Assembly: GCA_966252395.1 (NCBI GenBank) | Contig: CBINOW010000002.1 | Span: forward strand, 13,676-77,675 | Source of the DNA: an uncultured Oleiharenicola sp. | Lineage (GTDB): Bacteria; Verrucomicrobiota; Verrucomicrobiia; Opitutales; Opitutaceae | Direction: 5' to 3' | Length of the DNA: 64,000 bases | In this document: positions 16,888 through 26,138 of the stretch, in pieces | Layout: each line of letters opens with the position of its first letter | Position numbering within the stretch: the first letter of the stretch is position 1 | Translations under genes and position numbers: made by a program | The notes under the pieces: model-generated | Told to the model about the DNA's origin: nothing | Seen by the model: the letters and a program-made list of their open reading frames with translations, nothing else | The model's database searches: none

Positions 16888-18027
16888 CTAGCGCAGGAAG
16901 GCGCTGGCCGTCCAGAGCATCGGCGCCTGGCCGTGGAGATCGCCGCTGCGGCGGGGACGGGCCTGATAGAAGTCGTATTGCACCTTCAGGTCGTCGCTCT
17001 TGGTCGTCTTGTGCGCCTTGTCGGTGCCGACGCAGACCTCGCGCAGGTTGGCGTCGGCGTCGAGGTGCGCCACGAGCGCGAGCCACGCGCGCCGCGCGGC
17101 CGGGGCGTAATCCTTGGCGTCGAGCCAGCCGTGCTTCACGCCGGTCACCAGCGCGAAGGTGAACATGCCCGTGGCGGAGGTCTCGCCCCAGCTCTCGGGC
17201 TTGTCCACGAGCTGTTTCCACAGGCCGTCCTCGCCCTGGGTCTTCAGCAGCGCAGCCATCATCGCGCGGTAACCGGCGAGGATGCGCGCGTGGTGCGGAT
17301 GGGTGTCCGGCAAATCGCGGAGCAGTTCAGCCATGCCGACGGCTACCCAGCCGTTGCCGCGACCCCAGTAGAAGGGCGAGTCGGGCGCGTGCAGGAAGAG
17401 ACCGGTCGGTTGCTGCAGCTTGTCGAGGTAGGCCGCCATCGTGAGCGCGGCACGGTCGAGGTATTTGGCCTGTTTTGAGGCGCGGAAGGCCTGCACCTGC
17501 AAAATGGGCAGCATATACATGTCATCGATCCACCAGCGCGCCTCGGGCGAAACGCCGTCCGCGATCACGGGGTTGCCCCATTGGGCGTCGGCGTAGGTCA
17601 GGCCGATCGCGCGCCAAGCATCGCCGCGGCCCTGCAGGTTGAACTCCAGCGGCACGACGCCAAAGATGCGGTAGTCCACGTGCGCGTCGGGCGAGACGCG
17701 CGCCGCGCCCTCCGGCGTGAGCAGCACGTCGTATTTGGCAAAGAGGCGGTCGCGCAGGTTGGTGTCACCCGTAAGCCCGGCCACCGTGAGCGAGCCATAC
17801 CAGGCGCAGATCTCGGGGTAGATGACGTAGCGGCGCTTGGGATCGGTCTGCCACTGGAACTTCCGGGCGGCGAAGTTCTCGGCCACGCGCTTGCCGATCT
17901 CGGCGGGCGACGTGCCGGCGGGCCAGTCAGCGAATTCGGGAATGGCGGCGGCCGGCGCGGCCGCGAGGACCTCGGCGGCGAGCAGGAGTCCGGCGAGGGC
18001 GGACAGGAGGGAGCGGGAGAAATTCAT
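16888..18027 (-). CDS. unsaturated rhamnogalacturonyl hydrolase (GH105, YteR/YesR-like)
   Basis: Signal peptide MNFSRSLLSALAGLLLAA. Motifs WWIDDMYML, FYWGRGNGW and SATGMFTFAL fit the (alpha/alpha)6 GH105/GH88 type. Confidence 0.8.
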   Translation of the reverse strand: MNFSRSLLSALAGLLLAAEVLAAAPAAAIPEFADWPAGTSPAEIGKRVAENFAARKFQWQTDPKRRYVIYPEICAWYGSLTVAGLTGDTNLRDRLFAKYDVLLTPEGAARVSPDAHVDYRIFGVVPLEFNLQGRGDAWRAIGLTYADAQWGNPVIADGVSPEARWWIDDMYMLPILQVQAFRASKQAKYLDRAALTMAAYLDKLQQPTGLFLHAPDSPFYWGRGNGWVAVGMAELLRDLPDTHPHHARILAGYRAMMAALLKTQGEDGLWKQLVDKPESWGETSATGMFTFALVTGVKHGWLDAKDYAPAARRAWLALVAHLDADANLREVCVGTDKAHKTTKSDDLKVQYDFYQARPRRSGDLHGQAPMLWTASAFLR

Positions 18028-18046
18028 GGAAGCGGGATGATGAGAC

Positions 18047-20827
18047 TCAGCCGGCCGGCTGGTGCTCGCCGACGAGGGCGAGGCACTGGATCGCGGCGAG
18101 GCCCCATTGGGCGGTGTCGTTGGTCGAGACGCCGCGGGCCTCGTCCACCGGACGAAGCACGGCAGGGCCGCGCACGGTCTGCACCGGCAGCGGCGTGAGC
18201 ACGTCCTGCTGGCCGCGCCAGTTGCGGGAGAATTCCCGCCAGGCGCGGGCCGCGAGCGCGGCGTCGCCCTTCTGCTTGGCGGCGTAGGCGGTGAGGCGCG
18301 AGTGGCCCTGCGGCAGGCCGATGTTGCGGGCCGCTTCGCCCAGCCGCGCCTTCTGCATCTCGGGCCCGGCGTTGTAGAGTTCACAGTAATCGAGCCAGGC
18401 TTTTTTGAATTCCGGCACGTCGAGCAGCTGGTTGAGCTCGGCGCAGACCTCGACGAGGCCGAAGACGGCGTTGAGGTGGGAAACGGAGATCTTGTCGCTC
18501 TTCGTGATCTCGAAGGCGCCGGTCTCGACGTTGAGGATCAGGCCGGTGCTGAAGAGGCCCTTCGGCTGCGCGCCGAGCGTGCGCAGGCTGGCGAGGAGCC
18601 GGTCGCGCATTTTTGCGCTGCCCGTGCGCTCCCACTCGGTGAGCCAGGCTCCGGCGAGCGAACCCCAGTCGGTGCCCATGCTGGCGCCGACGCTGTCCGG
18701 TGCGGTTGGCGTGCCGCGCGACTGGTCGCCCTGCTCGTTGGCGAAGGCCAGCTTGCGGCCCGGCGGCCATTTGAGGAGTGCGTGGCCGGCCTCGACCTGT
18801 TCGCGCAGCAGGTCGCCCACGCGTTCGTCGCCGGTCAGGTAATAATAGTAACGCCGGTTGGTGGCCGTGCTGATGCGCAGCTGTTTCGCGCTGCAGCCCC
18901 AGTGCTGGACGTTGTGCCGCGAGCCGAGCGGGGCGAAGCGCCCGATGTGGTGGACGTCCACCTCGCCCGTGTGGCGCGTCATGGCCTCGGCGAAGCGGAA
19001 GACGTCGGCGCGGCCGGTGCTCAGGAAATAGAGCCACAGCCACAGGTCGGTGGAGAGCTCCGAGTTGTCCCACGCGAAGCCGCCGATGTCATAGCGCCAC
19101 TCGTGGCGGTCCGGATCGTAGGTGTGCATGACATCGCCGTAGTTCCAGAAGCCATACCAGCGCCGCTGGTCCTGCTGACCGCGGTAGAAGCCGAAGAGGT
19201 CGACCAGACGGTTGGCCACGGCGGTGCGGGCGGGGGTCGAGCGATCCTCCGGTGCCCAGATATCGCCGAACACGCCACAGGTGTGCAACCACTGCGGGGA
19301 ACTGGTGAGCAGCGGCGGCGCCTGCAACGCGCGCTGCATCTCCGCGAGCATCTCGCGGGCGGGCGTGGCGGCCACGCACCAGAGATGGATTTCGCTCGTG
19401 CGGCCGACGCCCTCGGGGGAGTTGAAGCCGGGCTCGTAGTCCTCGTAGGTGATGTCGAGGCCGCCGTTGTATTGCTTGTCGTAGGTGTCCATGCCCATCC
19501 CGTCGTGGTAGGGCCGCAGGTCCATGGCCGCCGCACCCGGCGCCCACATCCAGACGGTGACCTCGGCCGCCTCGCCCGTCGCGCCACGCACGTCCAGCTG
19601 GGCCGGGTAACTCTGCCAGAAATTGCGCAACCCAAAGGCCACGCCGCCGGCCGGTGTGCCCACGTAGCCCAGCCCGCCGGCCCGCTGGCCGCGCGCGGCC
19701 TCGAGCCAAGTGTGGCCCTCCTTCGTGCGCTTGCGGATTTCGAAGCCGTCGCAGGTGGACTGGAGGAGCGTCCAGTCGTCGTAGGCGGGCACGTATTGGA
19801 GCTTGTCCGCCACGCCCGGGCGCCAGGCCGAGGGCGGCGGCGTCGCGCGGCCGGCGACCTGGGCGGCGCAGGCCTCGGGGCCGGGGTTGCGGCGCAGACC
19901 GGTGATGCCCCGCACCGCTTCGCCAAACACGCCATCCTCGGGCCCGCCGAAACGGACGTGCCGGTCGTGCAGTTCCCCGCGCAGCGGCACGGTGAAGGTC
20001 ACGCCGAGCCCGGCGATGAAATCTTTGGTCGCATCACCGTCGAAGAGGATGGTGTGCATCAGGCGCACCATGTCGCCGCCGGCATGGAAGTAGAGGCGCA
20101 CGGTGAACGGCAGCCAATCGGGCCGGGCGGCGGTCAACCCCGAGGATTCCCGCTCCGCCCGGTGTTTGCCCTCGATCTTCACGACCGCGCGCACGGGGCC
20201 GGCCTGTTCGACCGTCACGGCGGAGATTTCCCCGGTGAAAGCCTCGGTGCGCACAACGCCGGGTTCGCCGCGGTTCTCCAGACGGCACACGAGCCGGCCG
20301 TCGCGGGCGATCTCCAGACCGTCACGCGTGATGGAGCGGATGAGCGCCCCGCCTTTTCGGTTGAGCACGGCGCGGATCACGCCGGTGTCCACCGTAAGGG
20401 TGTCGGCGCCTTCGGAAACCGTCACCGGTTGCGCGGGGGCCGCGGGCGTGCCGGCGGCTAGGCGATACTCGGCGACCGCCGGCGCGTTGGCCGGGATGGC
20501 GTGCGCGGTCCACTTCAGCGAACCATCTGGCCAGGTGGCGAGCGGCCAGCTCTGCACCGGCACAGCGGTGCCGTCCGCCGTGTGCAAGGCAAAGGTCGTG
20601 CCGGCGGCGTGACGCCCGCGGGGCCAGGAGCGCCCCCACGAGGCACCGGGCAGCAGCGAAGGCGTCTGACCTTCCAGCCAACGAAGCGACTCGGGCGCGA
20701 CGGCGGGCGCTGCAGGCGCAGCGCCGGCGGCAGCGGAGTCAGCCGCGCGCAGCCGGGTAACCAGGGGAACGGCAGCGGCGACCAAGGTGGTTTTGCGGAC
20801 GAATTCGCGACGGGTGAGGGAGGACAT
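18047..20827 (-). CDS. Tat-secreted 926-aa polysaccharide-degrading enzyme candidate, possibly exo-rhamnogalacturonan lyase-like (PL26-like)
   Basis: Twin-arginine leader MSSLTRREFVRKTTLVAAAV. The central WYGFWNYGDVMHTYD...GGFAWDNSE block recalls large exo-RG lyase family proteins, from memory. It sits between rhaM and GH105. The family call is tentative. Confidence 0.5.
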   Translation of the reverse strand: MSSLTRREFVRKTTLVAAAVPLVTRLRAADSAAAGAAPAAPAVAPESLRWLEGQTPSLLPGASWGRSWPRGRHAAGTTFALHTADGTAVPVQSWPLATWPDGSLKWTAHAIPANAPAVAEYRLAAGTPAAPAQPVTVSEGADTLTVDTGVIRAVLNRKGGALIRSITRDGLEIARDGRLVCRLENRGEPGVVRTEAFTGEISAVTVEQAGPVRAVVKIEGKHRAERESSGLTAARPDWLPFTVRLYFHAGGDMVRLMHTILFDGDATKDFIAGLGVTFTVPLRGELHDRHVRFGGPEDGVFGEAVRGITGLRRNPGPEACAAQVAGRATPPPSAWRPGVADKLQYVPAYDDWTLLQSTCDGFEIRKRTKEGHTWLEAARGQRAGGLGYVGTPAGGVAFGLRNFWQSYPAQLDVRGATGEAAEVTVWMWAPGAAAMDLRPYHDGMGMDTYDKQYNGGLDITYEDYEPGFNSPEGVGRTSEIHLWCVAATPAREMLAEMQRALQAPPLLTSSPQWLHTCGVFGDIWAPEDRSTPARTAVANRLVDLFGFYRGQQDQRRWYGFWNYGDVMHTYDPDRHEWRYDIGGFAWDNSELSTDLWLWLYFLSTGRADVFRFAEAMTRHTGEVDVHHIGRFAPLGSRHNVQHWGCSAKQLRISTATNRRYYYYLTGDERVGDLLREQVEAGHALLKWPPGRKLAFANEQGDQSRGTPTAPDSVGASMGTDWGSLAGAWLTEWERTGSAKMRDRLLASLRTLGAQPKGLFSTGLILNVETGAFEITKSDKISVSHLNAVFGLVEVCAELNQLLDVPEFKKAWLDYCELYNAGPEMQKARLGEAARNIGLPQGHSRLTAYAAKQKGDAALAARAWREFSRNWRGQQDVLTPLPVQTVRGPAVLRPVDEARGVSTNDTAQWGLAAIQCLALVGEHQPAG

Positions 20828-20870
20828 GGGGTAGAGAAACGGAGGGCAGATTACGGAGCACTGAGGTCAG

Positions 20871-20960
20871 GATTCACCACCAAGGCACGGAGACACAGAG
20901 AAGAATCGGAAAACGGAATCGGTTCGAACTTTGTGCCTCGGTGTCTTGGTGGTGAAAATC
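20871..20960. repeat. family E hairpin element
   Basis: gattcaccaccaaggcacggagacacagag ... ctttgtgcctcggtgtcttggtggtgaaaatc, an imperfect long inverted repeat between rhaM and the Tat protein gene. Confidence 0.7.
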
Positions 20961-20973
20961 CGGCCAGACGGTA

Positions 20974-21288
20974 TCAATCGAGGTGAAAAACTTCGAGCAG
21001 ACCGGTGGCGACGGGGCTGTGGTCCGGGTTGGACGGCATGACGTCGCCCATGTGCTTCCACCAGCGCTGGCACTCGGGCGTGGCGGCGATGGCGGCCCAG
21101 CGGGCCTCGTCCTCGATTTCGGCGTAGGCGAAGAGCTGGCGTGTTTCCGCGTGCAGGAAAATGGAGTAGTTGTGGACCCCGTGGTCCTTCAGGACTTTTT
21201 CCAACTCGGGCCAGATGGGCCGGTGGCGGCGTTCGTATTCGGCCTCGTGGCCGGCGTGGACAGACATGACGAAGGCTTTGCGGATCAT
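20974..21288 (-). CDS. rhaM: L-rhamnose mutarotase
   Basis: 104 aa. [44 protein letters not shown] matches the RhaM/YiiL pattern closely. Confidence 0.9.
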   Translation of the reverse strand: MIRKAFVMSVHAGHEAEYERRHRPIWPELEKVLKDHGVHNYSIFLHAETRQLFAYAEIEDEARWAAIAATPECQRWWKHMGDVMPSNPDHSPVATGLLEVFHLD

Positions 21289-21385
21289 GGGAGAGGAAGG
21301 GGTGGCGGGCTCCAGGACGGAGGCGGCGGCAAGGGGTTTTCATACCGTTGCCAGCTTCCACCCTATTGCCAGCAGGGACCGCAGG

Positions 21386-21423
21386 GACAGTCCGAAGGGG
21401 GTTAAACCCGCGAAAATTCGGAC
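21386..21423. promoter_or_regulatory. GACAGTCCGA box plus inverted GTCCGAA / TTCGGAC pair in the rhaM-LacI divergent region
   Basis: gacagtccga at 21386..21395. gtccgaa (21390..21396) is inverted as ttcggac (21417..21423). More tcggac copies occur at 21446..21460. Confidence 0.35.
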
Positions 21424-21487
21424 GCTCCGAAATTGGCGTTGTGCTTTCGGTCGGACGGACGATTTTAACCGGACCCCCACCCCGCCC

Positions 21488-22519
21488 ATGTCCGCTCCCA
21501 CGCTGCGCACCCTGGCCAAGTCGCTCGGTCTTTCCCGCACCACCATTTCCGACGCCCTGCGCGGCTCACCGCGCGTGAAAGCCGAAACCGTGGAGCGCGT
21601 GCGCGCGGCCGCCAAGGAAGCGGGCTACGAGCACAACCCCCTCACCGGCGCGGTCATGTCACAGCTGCGGCGCTCGCGGGGCCAGCAGTTCCGCGGCGTG
21701 CTCGCGGCGCTGGAGATCGTGGACGCCGCGCGGCCGGCCCACGCCGTGCGCTACAACGAGGCGGTGATGAAGGGCGTGGCGGAGCGCGCCAACGAACTCG
21801 GTTTCAAGATGGAGCGGTTCGAGCTCGGCCCGGAAGGCATGCGGCTCAACCGCCTCGACACCATCCTGCACACGCGGAACATCCAGGGCCTGGTGCTCCT
21901 GCCCGCCTCCGGCCTGCCCGACCTCTCGGCGCTGAACTGGGAGCGCTACACGGCGGTCTATGCCGATCTCTTCATCAACCACCCGCCGCTGCACTGCGTG
22001 TGCCTCGACCACTACCGCTCGATGCTGATGCTCCTGCGCGAGCTCCACGAGCGCGGTTACCGCCGGCCGGGGCTGTTCATGGAGATCTCCCTCGATGAGC
22101 GCCTGCAATACCGCTGGGAGGGTGCCTTTCTCGCCCTGCAAAAATACCTGCCCAACATCACCGAGGTGCCGGCCCTGCGCGCGCACAACCTCGGGCGCGA
22201 GGACTTCGTGCCGTGGTTTCGCAAACACAAGCCCGACGTGGTGCTCGGCCACTACCCCGAGGCGATGGAGTGGATGCGCAGCTGCGGCGCACGCCTGCCC
22301 AAGACCCACGGCTTCGTGTGCCTCAACTCGCTGCGCACCACCGAGCCCTGCGCGGCGCTGGACTTCCAGCCGGCGCACATCGGCGCCCGCGCGGCCGAAC
22401 TCGTGATCGGCCAGCTCCTGCACAACGAGCTGGGCATCCCGGTGCAGCCCTCGCTCACGACCATCCCCGCTCGCTTTCTCGAGGGGCCCACCCTCCGCGC
22501 CGCGGCAACGGTGGGGTGA
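21488..22519 (+). CDS. LacI-family transcriptional regulator
   Basis: N-terminal HTH LRTLAKSLGLSRTTISDALRG followed by a periplasmic-binding-protein-like sugar-binding core. Divergent from rhaM. Confidence 0.85.
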   Translation: MSAPTLRTLAKSLGLSRTTISDALRGSPRVKAETVERVRAAAKEAGYEHNPLTGAVMSQLRRSRGQQFRGVLAALEIVDAARPAHAVRYNEAVMKGVAERANELGFKMERFELGPEGMRLNRLDTILHTRNIQGLVLLPASGLPDLSALNWERYTAVYADLFINHPPLHCVCLDHYRSMLMLLRELHERGYRRPGLFMEISLDERLQYRWEGAFLALQKYLPNITEVPALRAHNLGREDFVPWFRKHKPDVVLGHYPEAMEWMRSCGARLPKTHGFVCLNSLRTTEPCAALDFQPAHIGARAAELVIGQLLHNELGIPVQPSLTTIPARFLEGPTLRAAATVG

Positions 22520-22539
22520 GGGTCCGAATCGTTCTCTTA

Positions 22540-22620
22540 CTCCTTATCGTAATCTTAATCTTTCTTTCTCCGACTTTCCCCAAACAGAGAGAACGAGAAA
22601 GATTAAGAGAAAGAGAGCGA
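22540..22620. terminator. AT-rich long imperfect hairpin between convergent genes (candidate bidirectional terminator)
   Basis: cgttctcttac..cttaatctttctttctc pairs with gagaaagattaagagaaagagag..cagagagaacg. It is the most AT-rich spot between the LacI gene and the tandem CE12 gene. Confidence 0.5.
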
Positions 22621-22626
22621 AGGAAA

Positions 22627-24258
22627 CTACCGCGCGAACTTAGCCAGCGGATCCCCCGGCAGCGCGCGCAGAGCGCGGCCCACGATCACGGCGGACTCGA
22701 TCGCGCCCTCCCGGCTGGTGTGGGTGTGGGCGTCGGCAAACAGCACGCTGGTCTTGTCCGCTCCGATCGCGTCGTAGCGGTCGGCCACGAGGCCGTTGAG
22801 GTCCACGAAGGCCACCCCTTCCTGCTGCGCCACCTCGCGGGCCCAGACGGCGGAGCCTTCGGTCGCGCGGACGATTTTCCCGTCCTTCCAGATCCGGCGC
22901 GGCACCAGCGAGCAGAGAATCGGCGTGACGCCGGCGGCGCGGGCCTCGCGCACGAACTTGCGCAGATACCAGCCGTTGGTGTGCACGATTTCCTTCGCGC
23001 CGGTGGCGGCGTTGTCCACCTCCTGCGTTTCCTCGCCGGTGCCCGGCAGCGAGACGCGGGCCCGCGGATCCTTGTCGAGCGAACCGCCGTCGTTGGTGCC
23101 GAACTGGACGACCAGGAAATCGCCCGGCTTCATCAGCATGAGCGCACGCTCCCAGTGGCCTTGGTTGACGAAGCTGCGGCCGGTGAGCCCGCCGATGGCG
23201 CGGTTCACGAGATTGAGTTTTGCCGGATCGAAATGCGCGCCCATGAAGTCGCCCCAACCCCACTGACCACCCTTGCCCTGACCGTTGTCGTTGCGAACGG
23301 TGGAGTCACCGATGAAGAACACGCTCGGCAGCTTGGGGTCGGCCGGTTCCGGCAGACCGAGCCAGCCGATTTCGTCGGACTTCACGGCCTCGCCCTTCGT
23401 GGAGAGCACGTCCTTGAAGAGACCCGGGCGCAGGCCCTTGAGTCCGGCCACCATGGCCGAGGCGTTGAAGTCGGCGCCCGTCGCATTGGTGTGGGTGTGA
23501 TCGCCGCCGAAGAAGCCGTTCACCGCCGGCGCGCCCAGCGTCTGGTAGGAATCGGCGATAATCCGGCTGTGATCCACGAAGGGCACGCCGGCCTCGCGCG
23601 CCACGTCCCGCGACCAGTCACGATGCCGGCCGATGCCGCGATCCAGGCGACCGTCGGGCCACAGGTTGCGCAGCGTCGGCGAGGCCAGGATGGGCGTAGC
23701 GCCCTTCGCCTTCACGTCGGCGATCATCTTGCGGAGATACCAGCCGAACGAGTGCACCGTCTCGGGCTGCTGGGTGAGCGCGTTGACGATGTCGCGCGCG
23801 TCGCTGCCCGTGCCCGGCAGCGTGCCGCGGGCGCGGAGCGGCATGGTCGAGCCCGGCGGACGCTCGTTCACGTCGTCGCCGTCGTTGTGGCCGAACTGGA
23901 TGATGACGAAGTCGCCCTTTTTCAGTGCGGCGAGGAGTTTTTCCCAGCGTCCGCCGCTGATGAAGGTGCGCGTGCTGCGTCCGCCGACGGCGTGGTTGGC
24001 GACGTTGATCTTCGCGGGGTCGAAATACTCGACAAAGGGCACGCCCCAGCCCTGAATCTTGCCGCCGCGGTTGTGCTCGGCGGTGGAGTCGCCCGCGATG
24101 AAGAGCGTGGGCAGGGCGGGATTGAGCGCCGGGGTTTCGAGCGGCGGGACCGGCGGCTGGTCGGGGGCCATGGGCACGGCCGGGGCGGCCGACGGCGTCT
24201 GGGCGAAGGCGAGCAGCGGCAGGAGAAACGCGGCGAGGCGGACGAGGGGGGTGTTCAT
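22627..24258 (-). CDS. tandem two-domain SGNH hydrolase (two CE12 rhamnogalacturonan acetylesterase-like modules)
   Basis: The full SGNH block set occurs twice. First set: LFIAGDSTAEHN, AVGGRS, IIQFGHNDG, GGDHTHTN. Second set: VFFIGDSTVRND, AIGGLT, VVQFGTNDG, FADAHTHTS. The ATG at 24258 is followed by a signal peptide. Confidence 0.8.
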   Translation of the reverse strand: MNTPLVRLAAFLLPLLAFAQTPSAAPAVPMAPDQPPVPPLETPALNPALPTLFIAGDSTAEHNRGGKIQGWGVPFVEYFDPAKINVANHAVGGRSTRTFISGGRWEKLLAALKKGDFVIIQFGHNDGDDVNERPPGSTMPLRARGTLPGTGSDARDIVNALTQQPETVHSFGWYLRKMIADVKAKGATPILASPTLRNLWPDGRLDRGIGRHRDWSRDVAREAGVPFVDHSRIIADSYQTLGAPAVNGFFGGDHTHTNATGADFNASAMVAGLKGLRPGLFKDVLSTKGEAVKSDEIGWLGLPEPADPKLPSVFFIGDSTVRNDNGQGKGGQWGWGDFMGAHFDPAKLNLVNRAIGGLTGRSFVNQGHWERALMLMKPGDFLVVQFGTNDGGSLDKDPRARVSLPGTGEETQEVDNAATGAKEIVHTNGWYLRKFVREARAAGVTPILCSLVPRRIWKDGKIVRATEGSAVWAREVAQQEGVAFVDLNGLVADRYDAIGADKTSVLFADAHTHTSREGAIESAVIVGRALRALPGDPLAKFAR

Positions 24259-24276
24259 CGGAGGGAAATCAAATTT

Positions 24277-24350
24277 AGCCACGAAAAGGCACGAAACGGC
24301 ACAAGAACGATACCGGCTTTTTTTGGGTGTTTTTGCACCTCATTGTGGCC
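24277..24350. repeat. family E hairpin element (degenerate)
   Basis: agccacgaaaaggcacgaaacggcacaag ... gtgtttttgcacctcattgtggcc. Confidence 0.55.
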
Positions 24351-24361
24351 ACTGTTTGGGC

Positions 24362-25048
24362 ATGAAGAAATGGTTCGTCCCTCTCGCTCTGCTGACCGGC
24401 TGCCTGCAAGCGGAGACGCCCCTCTTCCGCGACGGTTTCACGCAGGGACTCGGCCGATGGGTGGTCGAGCAGCAGCCCGGCGGCAGCGTGACGGCGGCGG
24501 ACGGAAAACTCGTGATCGCCGACAAGGGCGGCTGCACGGTGTGGTTCCGCGAGGCGCTGACCGCTCCCGTGACCATCCGCTACCGGGCCAAGGTCTCCTC
24601 GGCGGCGCGGGTGTCGGACCTCAACTGCTTTTGGATGGCGAGCGATCCGGCGCGGCCCGCCGACCTGTTCGGGCCGGGTCACGGGCGCACGGGAAAATTC
24701 GCCACCTACGACCCGTTGCGCACCTACTACGTCGGCTACGGCGGCAACACGAACACGACGACGCGCTTCCGCCGCTACGACGGCAGTGGCGCGCGGCCGT
24801 TGCTGCCGGAGCATGAGCGGACGGCGCCGGAGTTTTTGCTGAAGCCCGATCATGTCTACGAAATCACCCTCGTGGCCGGCGCCGACGGGCGCGTGCAATT
24901 CATCCGCGACGGCGAGGTGGTGTTCGACTGGACGGATCCGCAGCCGCTGCGGAGCGGCTGGTTCGGCTTCCGCACAGTGGACAGCCGGATCGAGGTCAGT
25001 GCTTTTCGGGTGCATCGGGGCGTTCCGCCGAGCGCAGCTTCTCAATGA
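24362..25048 (+). CDS. concanavalin-A-like lectin/glucanase-fold protein, YesU/DUF1961-like
   Basis: Signal/lipobox MKKWFVPLALLTGC. About 228 aa with GRWVVEQQ...DGKLVI...YYVGYGGNTNTTTRFRRY. Size and context recall YesU of the B. subtilis RG cluster, from memory. Confidence 0.5.
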   Translation: MKKWFVPLALLTGCLQAETPLFRDGFTQGLGRWVVEQQPGGSVTAADGKLVIADKGGCTVWFREALTAPVTIRYRAKVSSAARVSDLNCFWMASDPARPADLFGPGHGRTGKFATYDPLRTYYVGYGGNTNTTTRFRRYDGSGARPLLPEHERTAPEFLLKPDHVYEITLVAGADGRVQFIRDGEVVFDWTDPQPLRSGWFGFRTVDSRIEVSAFRVHRGVPPSAASQ

Positions 25049-25976
25049 GGGCGCGCGGCACGGCGATGACGGTGCCGTGGCGCATGCGCTCGGGCGAACC
25101 TTCGTTGGGGAAACTGGCCTTGGCGGTCACGTCCTCCCACTTCAGCAGGTCGCGGGAGCGCATCACGCGGTAGTGCTTCGTCGTATAGGCGTCGAAATAG
25201 ACCAGGTAATCCTCGCCGATCTTGAGGGCCGTGGGCCCCTCGACCCAGAGACCGGGCGGGGTGAAGGGCGCAGACAGGTGGCCGAAGGGGCCGCGCACGC
25301 TTTCGGCGGTAGCGAGGCGGAGGTTCTTCGCGGGCGTCGGAAACTTGGTCTCGTCCTTGATGATGATCCAACGCTTTCCGTCCGCCTGCAGGAAGGTGGC
25401 GTCAATGCTGTTGAAGCCGGTATCGTAGAAGAGCTCTGTTGGCGTGAAGGTGACAAAGTCCTTCGTCGTCGTGCAATACATGCGGTGGTTGAGCTGGTCC
25501 TCCGAGGTATCGAGCGAGTGAGGAAAGCGGCCCGGAATGGTCGTGGCCCAGAAGATGACGAACTCGCCCCGCTTGTCGTCCCAGATGACCTCCGGCGCCC
25601 AGCAGTTCCGCGCGGTGGGCTCGTGGGCCATCACGGGGATTTCCTTCTGTTCGGACCAGGTGACGAAATCCTTGGTCGAGGCGTAGCCGATGCCCTTTTC
25701 CCACCAGCCGGAGGTCCACACCATGTGGTAGGTGCCGTCGGGACCCTGCACGACGCAGGGGTCGCGCATGAGCTGCTCCTTCGAGCCGATCTTGGGCGCG
25801 AGAAAGCTGCGTCCGCCGTTGAGCGCCTCCCACTTGTAGCCGTTCTCAGACCAGGCGAGATGCAGGCCGTCCTGGCCGTTGTGCGTGAAGTAGGTGAAGA
25901 GGTAGGCGGTGTCGGCGGCCCGGAGTCCGGCAACCAAGCCGAGCAAAAGGAAGAAGGTGCGTATAGGCTTAATCAT
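24996..25976 (-). CDS. GH43-like five-bladed beta-propeller glycoside hydrolase
   Basis: Signal peptide, then MRDPCVVQGPDGTYHMVWT, NCWAPEVIWDDKRGEFVIFW and WVEGPTALKIGEDYLVYFD. Confidence 0.6.
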   Translation of the reverse strand: MIKPIRTFFLLLGLVAGLRAADTAYLFTYFTHNGQDGLHLAWSENGYKWEALNGGRSFLAPKIGSKEQLMRDPCVVQGPDGTYHMVWTSGWWEKGIGYASTKDFVTWSEQKEIPVMAHEPTARNCWAPEVIWDDKRGEFVIFWATTIPGRFPHSLDTSEDQLNHRMYCTTTKDFVTFTPTELFYDTGFNSIDATFLQADGKRWIIIKDETKFPTPAKNLRLATAESVRGPFGHLSAPFTPPGLWVEGPTALKIGEDYLVYFDAYTTKHYRVMRSRDLLKWEDVTAKASFPNEGSPERMRHGTVIAVPRALIEKLRSAERPDAPEKH

Positions 25977-25985
25977 GGGAAGTGT

Positions 25986-26106
25986 GTCATTCTGAGCGCA
26001 GCGAAGATACCGAGCCGAAGGCGACAGGGCTCAAATCCAAGGGAAGAGACGGACCGCATGCACGTTGGGAGTATCCTACTGGATCCTTCGTTCCACTCAG
26101 GATGAC
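25986..26106. repeat. REP-like family D (GTCATTCTGAGCGCAGCGAAG ... GGATCCTTCG..CTCAGGATGAC)
   Basis: The arm gtcattctgagcgcagcgaagatacc and the inverted arm ggatccttcgttccactcaggatgac have the same arm sequences as 15789..15867. Confidence 0.7.
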
Positions 26107-26138
26107 AGGTAAGGGAGATTTCATGGTCATCGTTCGAC

